Below, one piece after another: positions 18,601-26,048 of a DNA stretch of 32,000 bases (its first letter is position 1; the number at the start of each line of letters is the position of its first letter). The position numbers and the translations under genes were made by a program. Source of the DNA: Ruminococcus albus 7 = DSM 20455 (lineage in GTDB: Bacteria; Bacillota; Clostridia; Oscillospirales; Ruminococcaceae); the NCBI RefSeq assembly GCF_000179635.2, contig NC_014833.1, forward strand, positions 1,080,001 to 1,112,000, written 5' to 3'. Under the pieces are notes generated by a model. It saw only the letters and a program-made list of their open reading frames with translations, was not told where the DNA came from and did no database searches.

Positions 18601-19880
18601 GTCGTACACTTAACATAGCCGTCGGTAACAACGGTAACGGTGGTAGAATAAGAACCGTATGCCTTCTGACCGTTTACAGTTTTGTATGCGCGAACCCTTG
18701 TCTTGAAGCCTGTGCGCTGTGCAAGGTTTGTGAACTTGTAGCTTCTGGCGGTCTTTGCATCGTATGCTTTCCATTTGCCGTCTATCTGAATAGAAGCCTC
18801 ATAGCCCTCAGCGCCCGAAACTGCGTTCCACATGAGGGTAGCAGTTGTGGTGTCGCTGTTGTAGAAGTAGCTGTTGAATGTGGGGGCGGCGAGATTTGCA
18901 ACAGGGTCTTGCTTGGTAACTGTGCCGCCCGTCATTTCGGCATTGGCACCTTCTGCTTCGCCAACAGAGTTGAAAGGCACGATCAGCAGCTTTACAGTGC
19001 CGCTTTTGGGGAAGTCTGTGATAAGCTGATCGGTATCGGTATCTGCTATCAGCTTGGGCTTGCCGTCACTTGCTGTATTTGTCAGGTCGTAAACGTGATA
19101 GCCTGATGCGAAATCAGCCGCCAGCCAGTCTATCTTAGCTTTGCCGTTATTATCTGTAACGGTGATACTGCCGTTTATCGTTCCGGGTTTTATTTTCAGC
19201 AGATATCCTGTGGTATCGCCGTAGTCCTTTGTACGTATACCGTCCTCGGTCATAACGTATCTCAGGGGGGCTATCTCAACTGTCAGCTTACCGTCTTTGA
19301 ACATATCATAAGGAATATCAGCTTTAAGCGAATGTGTGTCAAAAGACTTTGTCTTATCACCGTTGGTGAACTTTACGCTGTATGTATCCATATCAGCTGC
19401 AGCGTTCCAGGAAACAGACTTTGTATCCTTATCTACATTGAACTCTATCAGCTTGACATTTTGCTGCATATCTCGGGGATTCTTCACAACGGGAAGATCG
19501 GTATATACTTCGATTCTGCGCTTGCCCTTTACCTGACCTGCCAGCAGACCGAGATCGGTGATATTAACTTTGCCGTCTGCATTTGCATCGGCAGCCTTCA
19601 AACCTTTCTCATTCAGTGATTTTGCAGTTTTTATGTGTGCTGCTGCTTTTACAACATCAGTGATGTCGATCTTGCCGTCACCGTTTATATCGCCTGCAGC
19701 ATAGGGCTTGTCACCTTCGGCGTATGGGGAAAAGTCCTGATCGCCTGTGGTATTGCTGTCAGCAGAAGCTGCTGATGCGGCATCACTGTTTTCACTGTTA
19801 TCGGCAAAAGCTCCCACTGATAACTGACCTGCTGCTATAGCCAGCGAAACTGCAGCAGCGAGGATCTTTTTACATCTCAT
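15678..19880 (-). CDS. Secreted dockerin-containing multidomain protein. The layout is signal peptide, dockerin, Fn3-like modules, five Fn3-SH3b units, then a YvpB/C39-like cysteine peptidase domain.
   Basis: - Signal peptide: MRCKKILAAAVSLAIAAGQLSVGAFA.
- Dockerin: duplicated Ca-binding repeats DINGDGKIDITDV and DANADGKVNITDL.
- Repeat unit: 166 aa with an Fn3 signature (TATLMWNAVSGAEGYE..YKFTNL..RVRAY) and an SH3b-like part (GNLYVGNTVMQTDLPANGWTKIFL).
- C-terminal domain: LGCEETALASVLNY and RQHTAVLTGYD resemble the Cys and His motifs of Peptidase_C39_2/YvpB. Confidence 0.85.
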   Translation of the reverse strand: MRCKKILAAAVSLAIAAGQLSVGAFADNSENSDAASAASADSNTTGDQDFSPYAEGDKPYAAGDINGDGKIDITDVVKAAAHIKTAKSLNEKGLKAADANADGKVNITDLGLLAGQVKGKRRIEVYTDLPVVKNPRDMQQNVKLIEFNVDKDTKSVSWNAAADMDTYSVKFTNGDKTKSFDTHSLKADIPYDMFKDGKLTVEIAPLRYVMTEDGIRTKDYGDTTGYLLKIKPGTINGSITVTDNNGKAKIDWLAADFASGYHVYDLTNTASDGKPKLIADTDTDQLITDFPKSGTVKLLIVPFNSVGEAEGANAEMTGGTVTKQDPVANLAAPTFNSYFYNSDTTTATLMWNAVSGAEGYEASIQIDGKWKAYDAKTARSYKFTNLAQRTGFKTRVRAYKTVNGQKAYGSYSTTVTVVTDGYVKCTTATPIYANASTGSTKLGNLYVGNTVMQTDLPANGWTKIFLPNSNGTQIGYVPTSCVSADSNTQTEQKADLAAPTFNSYFYNSDTTTATLMWNAVSGAEGYEASIQIDGKWIAYDAKTARSYKFTNLAQRTGFKTRVRAYKTVNGQKAYGSYSTTVTVVTDGYVKCTTATPIYANASTGSTKLGNLYVGNTVMQTDLPANGWTKIFLPNSNGTQIGYVPTSCVSADTNTQTEQKADLAAPTFNSYFYNSDTTTATLMWNAVSGAEGYEASIQIDGKWKAYDAKTARSYKFTNLAQRTGFKTRVRAYKTVNGQKAYGSYSTTVTVVTDGYVKCTTATPIYANASTGSTKLGNLYVGNTVMQTDLPANGWTKIFLPNSNGTQIGYVPTSCVSADTNTQTEQKADLAAPTFNSYFYNSDTTTATLMWNAVSGAEGYEASIQIDGKWKAYDAKTAKSYKFTNLAQRTGFKTRVRAYKTVNGQKAYGSYSTTVTVVTDGYVKCTTATPIYANASTGSTKLGNLYVGNTVMQTDLPTNGWTKIFLPNSNGTQIGYVPTSCVSADSNTQTEQKADLAAPTFNSYFYNSDTTTATLMWNAVSGAEGYEASIQIDGKWKAYDAKTARSYKFTNLAQRTGFKTRVRAYKTVNGQKAYGSYSTTVTVVTDGYVKCTTATPIYANASTGSTKLGNLYVGNTVMQTDLPANGWTKIFLPNSNGTQVGYVPTSCVKNYANSGLTVINQDGYLGGNPAVLGCEETALASVLNYQFGINVSKNTLIDYYMPEQAFYNGAVNVDPNYCFWGSPYRMEGSVGYGCYAPLVAQSAHQYLNYIGVRNSYNIALNTDYYTGNNVNKLKFDPGKLDLGNTAVSGGLDINGLKTEIDKGNNPIVWYSEVEPYAVCTQTITAGQKYSNPGSGTYNFTWYGRQHTAVLTGYDDANNCFILGNVENFDSSSYYGKVQTMSYDFFMDTYTKLGRQSLIITKK
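16443..18893 (-). repeat. Tandem array of about 4.9 copies of a 498-bp (166-aa) coding unit
   Basis: TACGCATGAAGTAGGAAC recurs at 16443, 16941, 17439, 17937 and 18435, an exact 498-bp period. The copies are near-identical, with mostly synonymous differences. Confidence 0.95.
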
Positions 19881-19944
19881 GTTTTTACCTCCGTACTTTT
19901 GTTCATGTCTGTTGATGCTTGTTGATGTTTAAACACCAACTTTC

Positions 19945-19973
19945 ATTATAACACTTTTACAATGTAGTGTCAA
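19945..19973 (-). promoter_or_regulatory. Consensus sigma-A promoter of the dockerin-protein gene
   Basis: The minus strand reads TTGACA, a 17-nt spacer, then TATAAT, about 65 nt upstream of the ATG. The RBS is GGAGGT. Confidence 0.75.
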
Positions 19974-20034
19974 GCAGAAAAGCCGCGTAAATATGTGTTT
20001 TTGAACTTTTATGTATATGCTCAGAAACTGATAT

Positions 20035-20547
20035 TTATATCATACGTAAGAGCAGGGGAGAGATCGCTTTTTTCCATTCGGCTGTAAGTCTGTTGATGTC
20101 CCAAGCGGCGTTTGCAGGGCTGGTAGATGGCAGTTTTGCCGCGGGGCGATCAGTCTTCGGGAATATGTACTTATCATACAGTGAAGAAGCTGTACCTCCG
20201 TTTGCAAATACCGTTATATCGGGGCAGAGTGCCAGTATCATGGATATATCCGCTGCTCTGACATTTCTGATACTTGCATCTGAAGAACCGGATATATCGC
20301 ATTCTGCCACTACGTCCCATACCGCTATATGTGTATCAAGCAGGAAGTTTTTCTTTTCTTCATTTGTCACAGGCACTTTTCTGCCTGTTATGGCTGCAGT
20401 AACAGCCCAGAAGCGGTTTCGTGGATGGCCGTAGTAGAATCCTGTTTCACGTGATTTTACCGAAGGCAGGCTGCCAAGTATGAGCACCCTGCTGTTACGG
20501 TCATATACGGGCTTGAAACTGTGTACTATATGCGTGTATACTGACAT
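20035..20547 (-). CDS. Uracil-DNA glycosylase superfamily protein, family 6-like (hypoxanthine/deoxyinosine DNA glycosylase)
   Basis: VLILGSLPSVKSRETGFYYGHPRNRFW is the typical N-terminal motif block of this family. The ORF is 170 aa with RBS GAGGTG. Confidence 0.7.
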   Translation of the reverse strand: MSVYTHIVHSFKPVYDRNSRVLILGSLPSVKSRETGFYYGHPRNRFWAVTAAITGRKVPVTNEEKKNFLLDTHIAVWDVVAECDISGSSDASIRNVRAADISMILALCPDITVFANGGTASSLYDKYIFPKTDRPAAKLPSTSPANAAWDINRLTAEWKKAISPLLLRMI

Positions 20548-20577
20548 ATTATCACCTCATAATCAATAGCAGTGCAA

Positions 20578-20611
20578 CAGCCGCAGGGAAGTATACGTAC
20601 TCCTGCGGCTG
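20578..20611 (-). terminator. Terminator-like hairpin after the zinc-ribbon gene, with a weak U-tract
   Basis: CAGCCGCAGG pairs with CCTGCGGCTG in a 10-bp stem. No clear U-run follows on the minus strand. Confidence 0.4.
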
Positions 20612-20621
20612 TAGTGTATTA

Positions 20622-21857
20622 TCAGTTCGATGTATTGTTCTGATGTTTCTGTTTGCGTTCGGTACGCAGATAGGTATCGTTTGAAAGTACCAGTTTGATC
20701 TTCTTATCCATATACTCATTTGCCTGAGTAGCGTTGTGGACGGGTCTCATGCTGCTCTTCAGTCCTGCGTATACTATAAAACCGACTATCAGTGCAGCTA
20801 CCAGAGGTGCCATAAGGCTCCTCATTATCATATACAATACCAGTAAAGTGCCAAATGCAGCAGCGACTGTTATCAGGCACAGTTTTGTATTGTCGATGGG
20901 GAGGTCACCTGTGAATTTGCCTGTCTGTCCGTTCATGGCGAAGTTCCACTGTTTGCCCTCCCATGATGTGGTAAGATACCATATCGGCAGCATGGCATAT
21001 TTCTTTTTGGTATAGTTTACTTTGTAATCACCGCGTTTTTCGGTTACTTCATCGTGACGAACAGTTGCCTTGGTCTTTTGCTTGGCGGTATTTATAACTC
21101 GGTTTTCGGCTCTTTTCAGATCGTCCTCTTTCTCGACATCAAAGCGTTCTGCAAGGAATCCCGGCATATATGTCATGGAGAACGGTTTGAGATCACCGAA
21201 GTTGAAAGGTTCTACGGAATCCATGATATCATCGGGCATACGCTTTGAAGCATCAGCGGGGACGTTTTCAAAACCTATGGTGCCGCGGCGGTCAGCCTTG
21301 TATATCTTGCGGACGATCTCATTGTTATTTTCTGTCCTATCTGCAGCTTCAAATTCGGCATCAATATTTACAGCACCGTCATAAAGCCAGAACGGTACAT
21401 ATACGCCCTGTATCTCCTCTACCTTACTGCCTGTAAGAAAGTTCCTGGGTATCAGTTTGCGTTTTTCGTAATAGCCCTTGTATTTTTCCATAGCCTGTTC
21501 CTTGGTGAAGGAGAAAGGTATAACGAGGTCCGGTTTTATAGCGCCGGAGAACTGCGCTTCGATAACGGTGGTATTATCGCAGTAGGGGCATTTTGTAGCT
21601 GCGGTGTTCTGGTCGCAGATTATCTCTGCACCGCAGGTATTGCAGCTGTAGGCTTTCATGCCCTCGGCAAAATCACCCCAGTCGCTGCCCGAATCCTTGA
21701 TATCCTCTTCTTCGTTCTGCTGGTTGAAGAAAGCCTCAGCTTCTTCCTGTGTGAACAATGAATCACAGAATATGCATTTCAGCTTGCCTGCCTGAGGATC
21801 AAACTGCAAAGTGCCGCCGCAATTAGGGCATACCACCTGTGTTGATGTCTGTGCCAT
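20622..21857 (-). CDS. Double zinc-ribbon protein with a C-terminal transmembrane segment, function unknown
   Basis: There are two CxxC..CxxC units (CPNCGG..CIFCDS and CNTCGA..CPYCDN) and a C-terminal hydrophobic stretch (LCLITVAAAFGTLLVLYMI...LIVGFIVYAGL). The RBS GGAGGT lies 7 nt upstream of the ATG at 21855-21857. Confidence 0.7.
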   Translation of the reverse strand: MAQTSTQVVCPNCGGTLQFDPQAGKLKCIFCDSLFTQEEAEAFFNQQNEEEDIKDSGSDWGDFAEGMKAYSCNTCGAEIICDQNTAATKCPYCDNTTVIEAQFSGAIKPDLVIPFSFTKEQAMEKYKGYYEKRKLIPRNFLTGSKVEEIQGVYVPFWLYDGAVNIDAEFEAADRTENNNEIVRKIYKADRRGTIGFENVPADASKRMPDDIMDSVEPFNFGDLKPFSMTYMPGFLAERFDVEKEDDLKRAENRVINTAKQKTKATVRHDEVTEKRGDYKVNYTKKKYAMLPIWYLTTSWEGKQWNFAMNGQTGKFTGDLPIDNTKLCLITVAAAFGTLLVLYMIMRSLMAPLVAALIVGFIVYAGLKSSMRPVHNATQANEYMDKKIKLVLSNDTYLRTERKQKHQNNTSN

Positions 21858-22225
21858 ACCATTACCTCCGTATATCATATATTATATATCATTGATCAGG
21901 ATATGTGACCGCATGATATCTTACTATGGATCACATATATTCTTCATCGGCTGACTATTGCCGCTTAAATATTATTATAACATATAAACAAACTATTTGC
22001 TATATACTAAACGAAAATGACTATGTAAAATAGCAGGAGGTATTTTTGTGCATTGTGCATAAAAATAGTTGACTTTGTGAAACTCGATATCTCCCGAAAA
22101 TAGGGCTTTATAGAAAAATGTTAAACATTGTGTGAATAAACACAAAATACTGCACAAGGTATTGCGGAAAATTTAGTCAAGCATACAAAGATTGTGTTCA
22201 AAGCCCGAGAATAGGGCATTTTTAT

Positions 22226-22254
22226 TTGACAAAGCTATTGATATCGGTTATAAT
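22226..22254 (+). promoter_or_regulatory. Consensus sigma-A promoter of the HU gene
   Basis: TTGACA, a 17-nt spacer, then TATAAT. Confidence 0.75.
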
Positions 22255-22339
22255 ATCAACATAAATAATTCGCACCACTGTAAATCAGGTGTGAAGAAAT
22301 TTTAAAAAAATGACTTTTATATTATTGGAGGTAGTAATC

Positions 22340-22618
22340 ATGAAGAAGGCTGAACTGCTGGCTGCAATCGCTGAAAAGAATGGCAGCACCAAGAAGAACG
22401 CTGAGGCAGCACTCGATGCTGTTATAAGCACGATCACCGAGGCTCTGGAGAAGGGCGAAAAAGTAGCTATCCCAGGATTTGGCACATTTGAGGTAAGAGA
22501 CCGTGCGGCTAAGAAGTCTATCAACCCCGCTACTAAGGAACCAATAGATGTACCTGCAAAGAAGGTACCTGCTTTCAAGGCTGCTAAGGCTCTGAAGGAT
22601 GCTGTTGACAAGAAGTGA
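22340..22618 (+). CDS. hup: HU family DNA-binding protein
   Basis: This is a 92-aa product, MKKAELLAAIAEKNGSTKKNAEAALDAVISTITEALEKGEKVAIPGFGTFEVRDRAAKKSINPATKEPIDVPAKKVPAFKAAKALKDAV. The RBS GGAGGT is correctly spaced. Confidence 0.95.
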   Translation: MKKAELLAAIAEKNGSTKKNAEAALDAVISTITEALEKGEKVAIPGFGTFEVRDRAAKKSINPATKEPIDVPAKKVPAFKAAKALKDAVDKK

Positions 22619-22663
22619 TATCCCACGGGAGTATTTTACGACCGTATAATAGAAAAGGAGAAC

Positions 22664-23011
22664 ATGGAAATGGCAAACACAAAGAAAACTGCTACTAAGG
22701 CTGCAGAGGTCGCTGCTGAGGTCAAGGAGGTCGCTGCCAAGACCAAGTCAGCTGCAAAGAAGACTGCAGCAAAGGCTGCTGCGAAGACAAAGGCTGCTGT
22801 TGATAAGGTTGCCGAGAAAGACGTAGTTTACGTTGAATTTGCTGACAAGCAGCTTGACGTTGCTGCACTTGTTGAGGCTGCAAAGGCTGACTACAAGGCA
22901 AAGGGTCACAGGGCACCCAAGGCTGTAAAGCTGTATATCAAGCCCGAAGAAGGTGTTGCTTACTATACTGTAAACGATAAGGGCGACGCCGATCAGAAGA
23001 TAGATCTTTAA
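22664..23011 (+). CDS. Small basic protein with a Lys/Ala-rich histone-H1-like N-terminal tail and a conserved C-terminal domain, function unknown
   Basis: The N-terminal tail reads AKTKSAAKKTAAKAAAKTKAAV. The C-terminal part reads VVYVEFADKQLDVAALVEAAKADYKAKGH..KLYIKPEEGVAYYTVN. The RBS is AAGGAG. The start could be 22664 or 22670. Confidence 0.65.
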   Translation: MEMANTKKTATKAAEVAAEVKEVAAKTKSAAKKTAAKAAAKTKAAVDKVAEKDVVYVEFADKQLDVAALVEAAKADYKAKGHRAPKAVKLYIKPEEGVAYYTVNDKGDADQKIDL

Positions 23012-23023
23012 TTGTGTTCACAT

Positions 23024-23055
23024 TGACCGCTCCGTTCGCGGGGCGGTCATTTTTT
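23024..23055 (+). terminator. Intrinsic terminator after the hup-adjacent gene
   Basis: TGACCGC (23024-23030) pairs with GCGGTCA (23043-23049), followed by TTTTTT. Confidence 0.75.
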
Positions 23056-23070
23056 GCGCTGAGGTATTTT

Positions 23071-23781
23071 ATGGAAATTTCTGCATACAAGGGATTATTT
23101 GAAGAAAATGGTATCGCCCTTTCTGCTGAACAGGCTGAAAGACTTGAAAAGTACGCGGATATGCTGGTGGAGTATAACAATATGGTGAACCTTACAGCTA
23201 TTACTGATGATGAAGGTATAGCTGTGAAGCACTTTCTGGACAGCATATACCCCTTCACGCTTTTTGATCTTCCTGAGGGCGTTTCGATGATAGATGTGGG
23301 TACGGGAGCAGGATTCCCGTCATGTCCGCTGAAAGTATACCGCGGAGATATCAGGCTTACTCTGCTGGACAGCCTTAACAAGAGGGTGAATTTTTTACAG
23401 AGCCTGTCCGATACTATCGGGCTGGATGCTGAATGTGTTCATGGCAGGGCTGAGGAGTTCGGCAAGAAGGATGAGTACAGGGAGAGTTTCGATATTGCCA
23501 CTGCAAGGGCAGTTGCTAATCTGACGGATCTGTGTGAGTACTGTCTGCCATTTGTAAAGGTCGGCGGACTGTTCGTTTCACTGAAGGGAAGCAGCGGCAG
23601 TGAGGAGCTCGATAAGGCGAAACCTGCAATTAAGCTTCTGGGAGGAAAGACAGAGAAGGTAGTGGAGTATACTCTGCCGGGCGGTGACGGAAGGACACTG
23701 ATACTGATACGCAAGGTGTCCCCTACACCTGCAAAGTATCCCAGAAATGCGGGACAGATGAAAAAAAGATCCTTGTCATAA
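23071..23781 (+). CDS. rsmG: 16S rRNA (guanine527-N7)-methyltransferase RsmG
   Basis: The product contains LEKYADMLVEYNNMVNLTAITDDEGIAVKHFLDS and the SAM-binding motif DVGTGAGFP. The ATG at 23071 is preceded by GAGG. The track ORF start at 23014 overlaps the upstream terminator. Confidence 0.9.
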   Translation: MEISAYKGLFEENGIALSAEQAERLEKYADMLVEYNNMVNLTAITDDEGIAVKHFLDSIYPFTLFDLPEGVSMIDVGTGAGFPSCPLKVYRGDIRLTLLDSLNKRVNFLQSLSDTIGLDAECVHGRAEEFGKKDEYRESFDIATARAVANLTDLCEYCLPFVKVGGLFVSLKGSSGSEELDKAKPAIKLLGGKTEKVVEYTLPGGDGRTLILIRKVSPTPAKYPRNAGQMKKRSLS

Positions 23782-23787
23782 ATAAGC

Positions 23788-23822
23788 AAAGACGGAAGTG
23801 CAGTGCATTCCCGTCTTTTTTG
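23788..23822. terminator. Bidirectional terminator between rsmG and sigF
   Basis: AAAGACGG (23788-23795) pairs with CCGTCTTT (23811-23818), with T-rich flanks on both strands. Confidence 0.75.
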
Positions 23823-24479
23823 TTATATAAGCTTAGTGCGCATATACGTCAGCAGCTTTTTTTCGCGCCTTGATACCTGTACCTGTGTCATGCCGAGTTT
23901 TTCGGCTGCTGCTGTCTGTGTCATGCCTTTGAAGTAGCGCAGATCAATTAGTTTTCTGTCATCTGCAGAAAGTTCGGATAGTACCTGCCTGAGTGCAAGC
24001 CTGTCGGTGATATCTTCGTCGGGAGGTTCTGTGGGCAGATCGGTCTGACTTTCTCCGTCCTCGTCCCCGATAGTAAGGCTTACTGTGGGCTGAGAGGCAT
24101 TCAGGGCTTCGATCACATCATCGGGATCAGCGCCTGTTATATCAGAAAGCTCGGATACAGTAGGTTCTCTGCCGTTTTTGTGAGCAAAGGTCTGTGAAGC
24201 GCGGGTTATCTTCAGCGAAAGCTCCTTCAGGCTGCGTGACACCTTGACTGTACCGCCGTCACGGAATAGCCGCTTTATCTCACCGAGGATAACAGGTACC
24301 GCATAGGTGGAGAACTTTACTCCGCGGCTTGCATCAAAGGCTCGTGAGGCTTTTACAAGTCCCATGCAGCCTGCTCCGTAAAGATCATCGTATTCTATCC
24401 CACGTCCGCGAAAACGGTTGGCGCACAGGTGAACAAGCCCGAGGTTGTCTTCGGGGCGAGTGCTTTCATCGCGGCTCAT
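23823..24479 (-). CDS. sigF: Sporulation sigma factor SigF (sigma-70 family, group 3)
   Basis: Region 2 is recognisable (YDDLYGAGCMGLVKASRAFD..GVKFSTYAVPVILGEIKRLFRD), as is the region 4 HTH (GMTQTAAAEKLGMTQVQVSRREKK). The gene is third in a spoIIAA-spoIIAB-sigF arrangement and overlaps spoIIAB by ATGA. Confidence 0.9.
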   Translation of the reverse strand: MSRDESTRPEDNLGLVHLCANRFRGRGIEYDDLYGAGCMGLVKASRAFDASRGVKFSTYAVPVILGEIKRLFRDGGTVKVSRSLKELSLKITRASQTFAHKNGREPTVSELSDITGADPDDVIEALNASQPTVSLTIGDEDGESQTDLPTEPPDEDITDRLALRQVLSELSADDRKLIDLRYFKGMTQTAAAEKLGMTQVQVSRREKKLLTYMRTKLI

Positions 24480-24898
24480 AGGCGTTTTTTACCTTGTATG
24501 GTGCGTTCGAGCTGTACGGTAGTGCCCTTGCCCTGTCTGCTTTTAACTTTCACCTTCTCCATAAATGTTTCCATTATGGTGAATCCCAGTCCTGCGCGGT
24601 CGTCCTCGGGAGAAGTGGTATAAAGCGGTGTCATGGCTTTGGCTATATCCTCCATACCGCAGCCTCTGTCCTGTATCTTTATCACTATTCGTCCGCCGCT
24701 GAATATACGAACCTGCAGTATGACTTCTCCGGGTTCATCACGGTAGCCGTGAACTATGGCATTGGTGACAGCCTCCGATACTGCTGTCTTTATATCTGAA
24801 AGCTCGGATATATTCGGATCCAGCTGAGATAGAAAACCGCTGACTGCAAGACGTGCAAAGCGTTCGTTTTCCGAGAGGGCAGGGAAAGTGACGGTCAT
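24476..24898 (-). CDS. spoIIAB: Anti-sigma F factor SpoIIAB (serine kinase)
   Basis: MTVTFPALSENERFARLAVSGFLSQLDPNISELSDIKTAVSEAVTNAIVHGY...GLGFTIME is closely parallel to Bacillus SpoIIAB. The ATG lies 4 nt after the spoIIAA stop. Confidence 0.9.
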   Translation of the reverse strand: MTVTFPALSENERFARLAVSGFLSQLDPNISELSDIKTAVSEAVTNAIVHGYRDEPGEVILQVRIFSGGRIVIKIQDRGCGMEDIAKAMTPLYTTSPEDDRAGLGFTIMETFMEKVKVKSRQGKGTTVQLERTIQGKKRL

Positions 24899-24902
24899 TT
24901 CA

Positions 24903-25262
24903 TTAAGTGGTCTGAGGGGTGGTCTGCTCAATATCATCTGCCTCCTTTTCTGTGAAATTATCGGTGATCGCTGCAAGACGGTCTATGCCTGCAAGGTGAA
25001 GTACTTTTTTTATGTAGGCAGGCGGTGCGGCGATGATGATATTACCGCCGTACCCGTTCATTATCTTGTATCTGCCCATAATAAGCCCGATGCCGGAGCT
25101 GTCCATGAAGGTGACGGCTGAGAAGTCAAGTACGAGCCTTGAGGGGTGTTTTTCTGATAATTCGCGGTCGATCTCGGTGCGCATCATTCTTGCGGAATGG
25201 TGATCGAGTTCTCCTGACAGCCGAGCGATAGTCAGGCTGCCGCAGGTTTTGATTTGTATCAA
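24903..25262 (-). CDS. spoIIAA: Anti-anti-sigma factor SpoIIAA (STAS domain)
   Basis: The phosphorylatable-serine motif FMDSSGIG is present. A TTG start at 25260-25262 lies 9 nt after GGAGG and gives a 119-aa product. The longer track ORF has no RBS. Confidence 0.85.
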   Translation of the reverse strand: MIQIKTCGSLTIARLSGELDHHSARMMRTEIDRELSEKHPSRLVLDFSAVTFMDSSGIGLIMGRYKIMNGYGGNIIIAAPPAYIKKVLHLAGIDRLAAITDNFTEKEADDIEQTTPQTT

Positions 25263-25552
25263 TTTAACAGTCCTCCTTTTTGATATACAGATAATGGGTC
25301 GTTTATCCCTATGCCCGATACACACAGGATCTTTATGGGTGTTGCGGGTTCTGTACATTTTACTGTAAGTGCCGTGCGTACAAACTGTATGCGCGGCATA
25401 CTTTGCATAATAATGATATCATAGGCGGAACGGGAATTTTGTCATAATACGGTATGCAGCAGTATGCAGACTGTGTCACTGTGAAAGTTATCTGCATAAT
25501 ATGACATCAGAGGGACTGATAAGTTCCCTGAAAAGAAATGGAGATGATATGA

Positions 25553-25801
25553 TTGGAGAATAACGAGAAAAATATCCTGGAAAGGATATTTGATAATGAC
25601 AGTGCCACTGAAAGCAGGTGCTGTAATGCAAAGGAGAGCACTTTGCCTAAGAAGCTTTCCTTTGCTATGGCTTATGTGCCATTTCAGCCATGGATCGAGC
25701 CCTATGAGGATGATGTGGCACTTTCACGCGGGACAGTATTCCCGTGTCTTGACAAACCTTTCATCGGAGAGGAGGCTGTGAAGAATGCCCGTACTGAATG
25801 A
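25553..25801 (+). CDS. cotJA: Spore coat-associated protein CotJA
   Basis: LSFAMAYVPFQPW..YEDDVALSRGTVFPCLDKPF is the CotJA signature. The TTG start lies 9 nt after GGAG, and the in-frame upstream ATG is followed by a stop. Confidence 0.8.
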   Translation: MENNEKNILERIFDNDSATESRCCNAKESTLPKKLSFAMAYVPFQPWIEPYEDDVALSRGTVFPCLDKPFIGEEAVKNARTE

Positions 25802-26048
25802 TAAGCAGAAGCTTATGCGGAGGATCCAGCAGAACAGCTTTGCACTGACGGAAGCTGTTCTTTACCTGGACAGTCATCCCACCTGCAAGATGGGTCTGGA
25901 ATATTTCAGAAAGCACAAGGCTGAGAAAGAGAAGCTTGAAAAGGAATATAACGAGAAGTACGGTCCCCTGACAGCGGAAAGTTCGGAGGGTACGAATAAG
26001 TGGGAATGGGTCATGAGGCCTTTTCCATGGGAGAGAGGTGAGAACTGA
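25785..26048 (+). CDS. cotJB: Spore coat protein CotJB
   Basis: RRIQQNSFALTEAVLYLDSHPTC..EYF...EKYGPLT is CotJB-like. The gene overlaps cotJA, and its RBS is GGAGAGGAGG. Confidence 0.85.
   Translation: MPVLNDKQKLMRRIQQNSFALTEAVLYLDSHPTCKMGLEYFRKHKAEKEKLEKEYNEKYGPLTAESSEGTNKWEWVMRPFPWERGEN

Noticed and set aside
15702-19619. Alternative-frame and antisense ORFs inside the dockerin-protein gene (15702..15887, 16940..17269, 17438..17764, 18434..18631, 18909..19106, 19332..19619, 19336..19536)
   Set aside because: They recur with the 498-bp period or lie antisense to the gene, and the sense frame carries clear dockerin, Fn3, SH3b and peptidase motifs.
22285-23381. Minus-strand ORFs 22285..22626, 22722..22916 and 22938..23381, and the extended starts of hup (22310) and rsmG (23014)
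   Set aside because: The minus-strand ORFs are antisense to strongly supported genes. The extended starts lack an RBS, and the rsmG extension overlaps the upstream terminator.
24899-25358. Long N-terminal extensions of spoIIAB (to 24976) and spoIIAA (to 25358)
   Set aside because: Comparison with canonical SpoIIAB and SpoIIAA lengths and N-termini supports the shorter forms. So does GGAGG 9 nt before the TTG at 25262.
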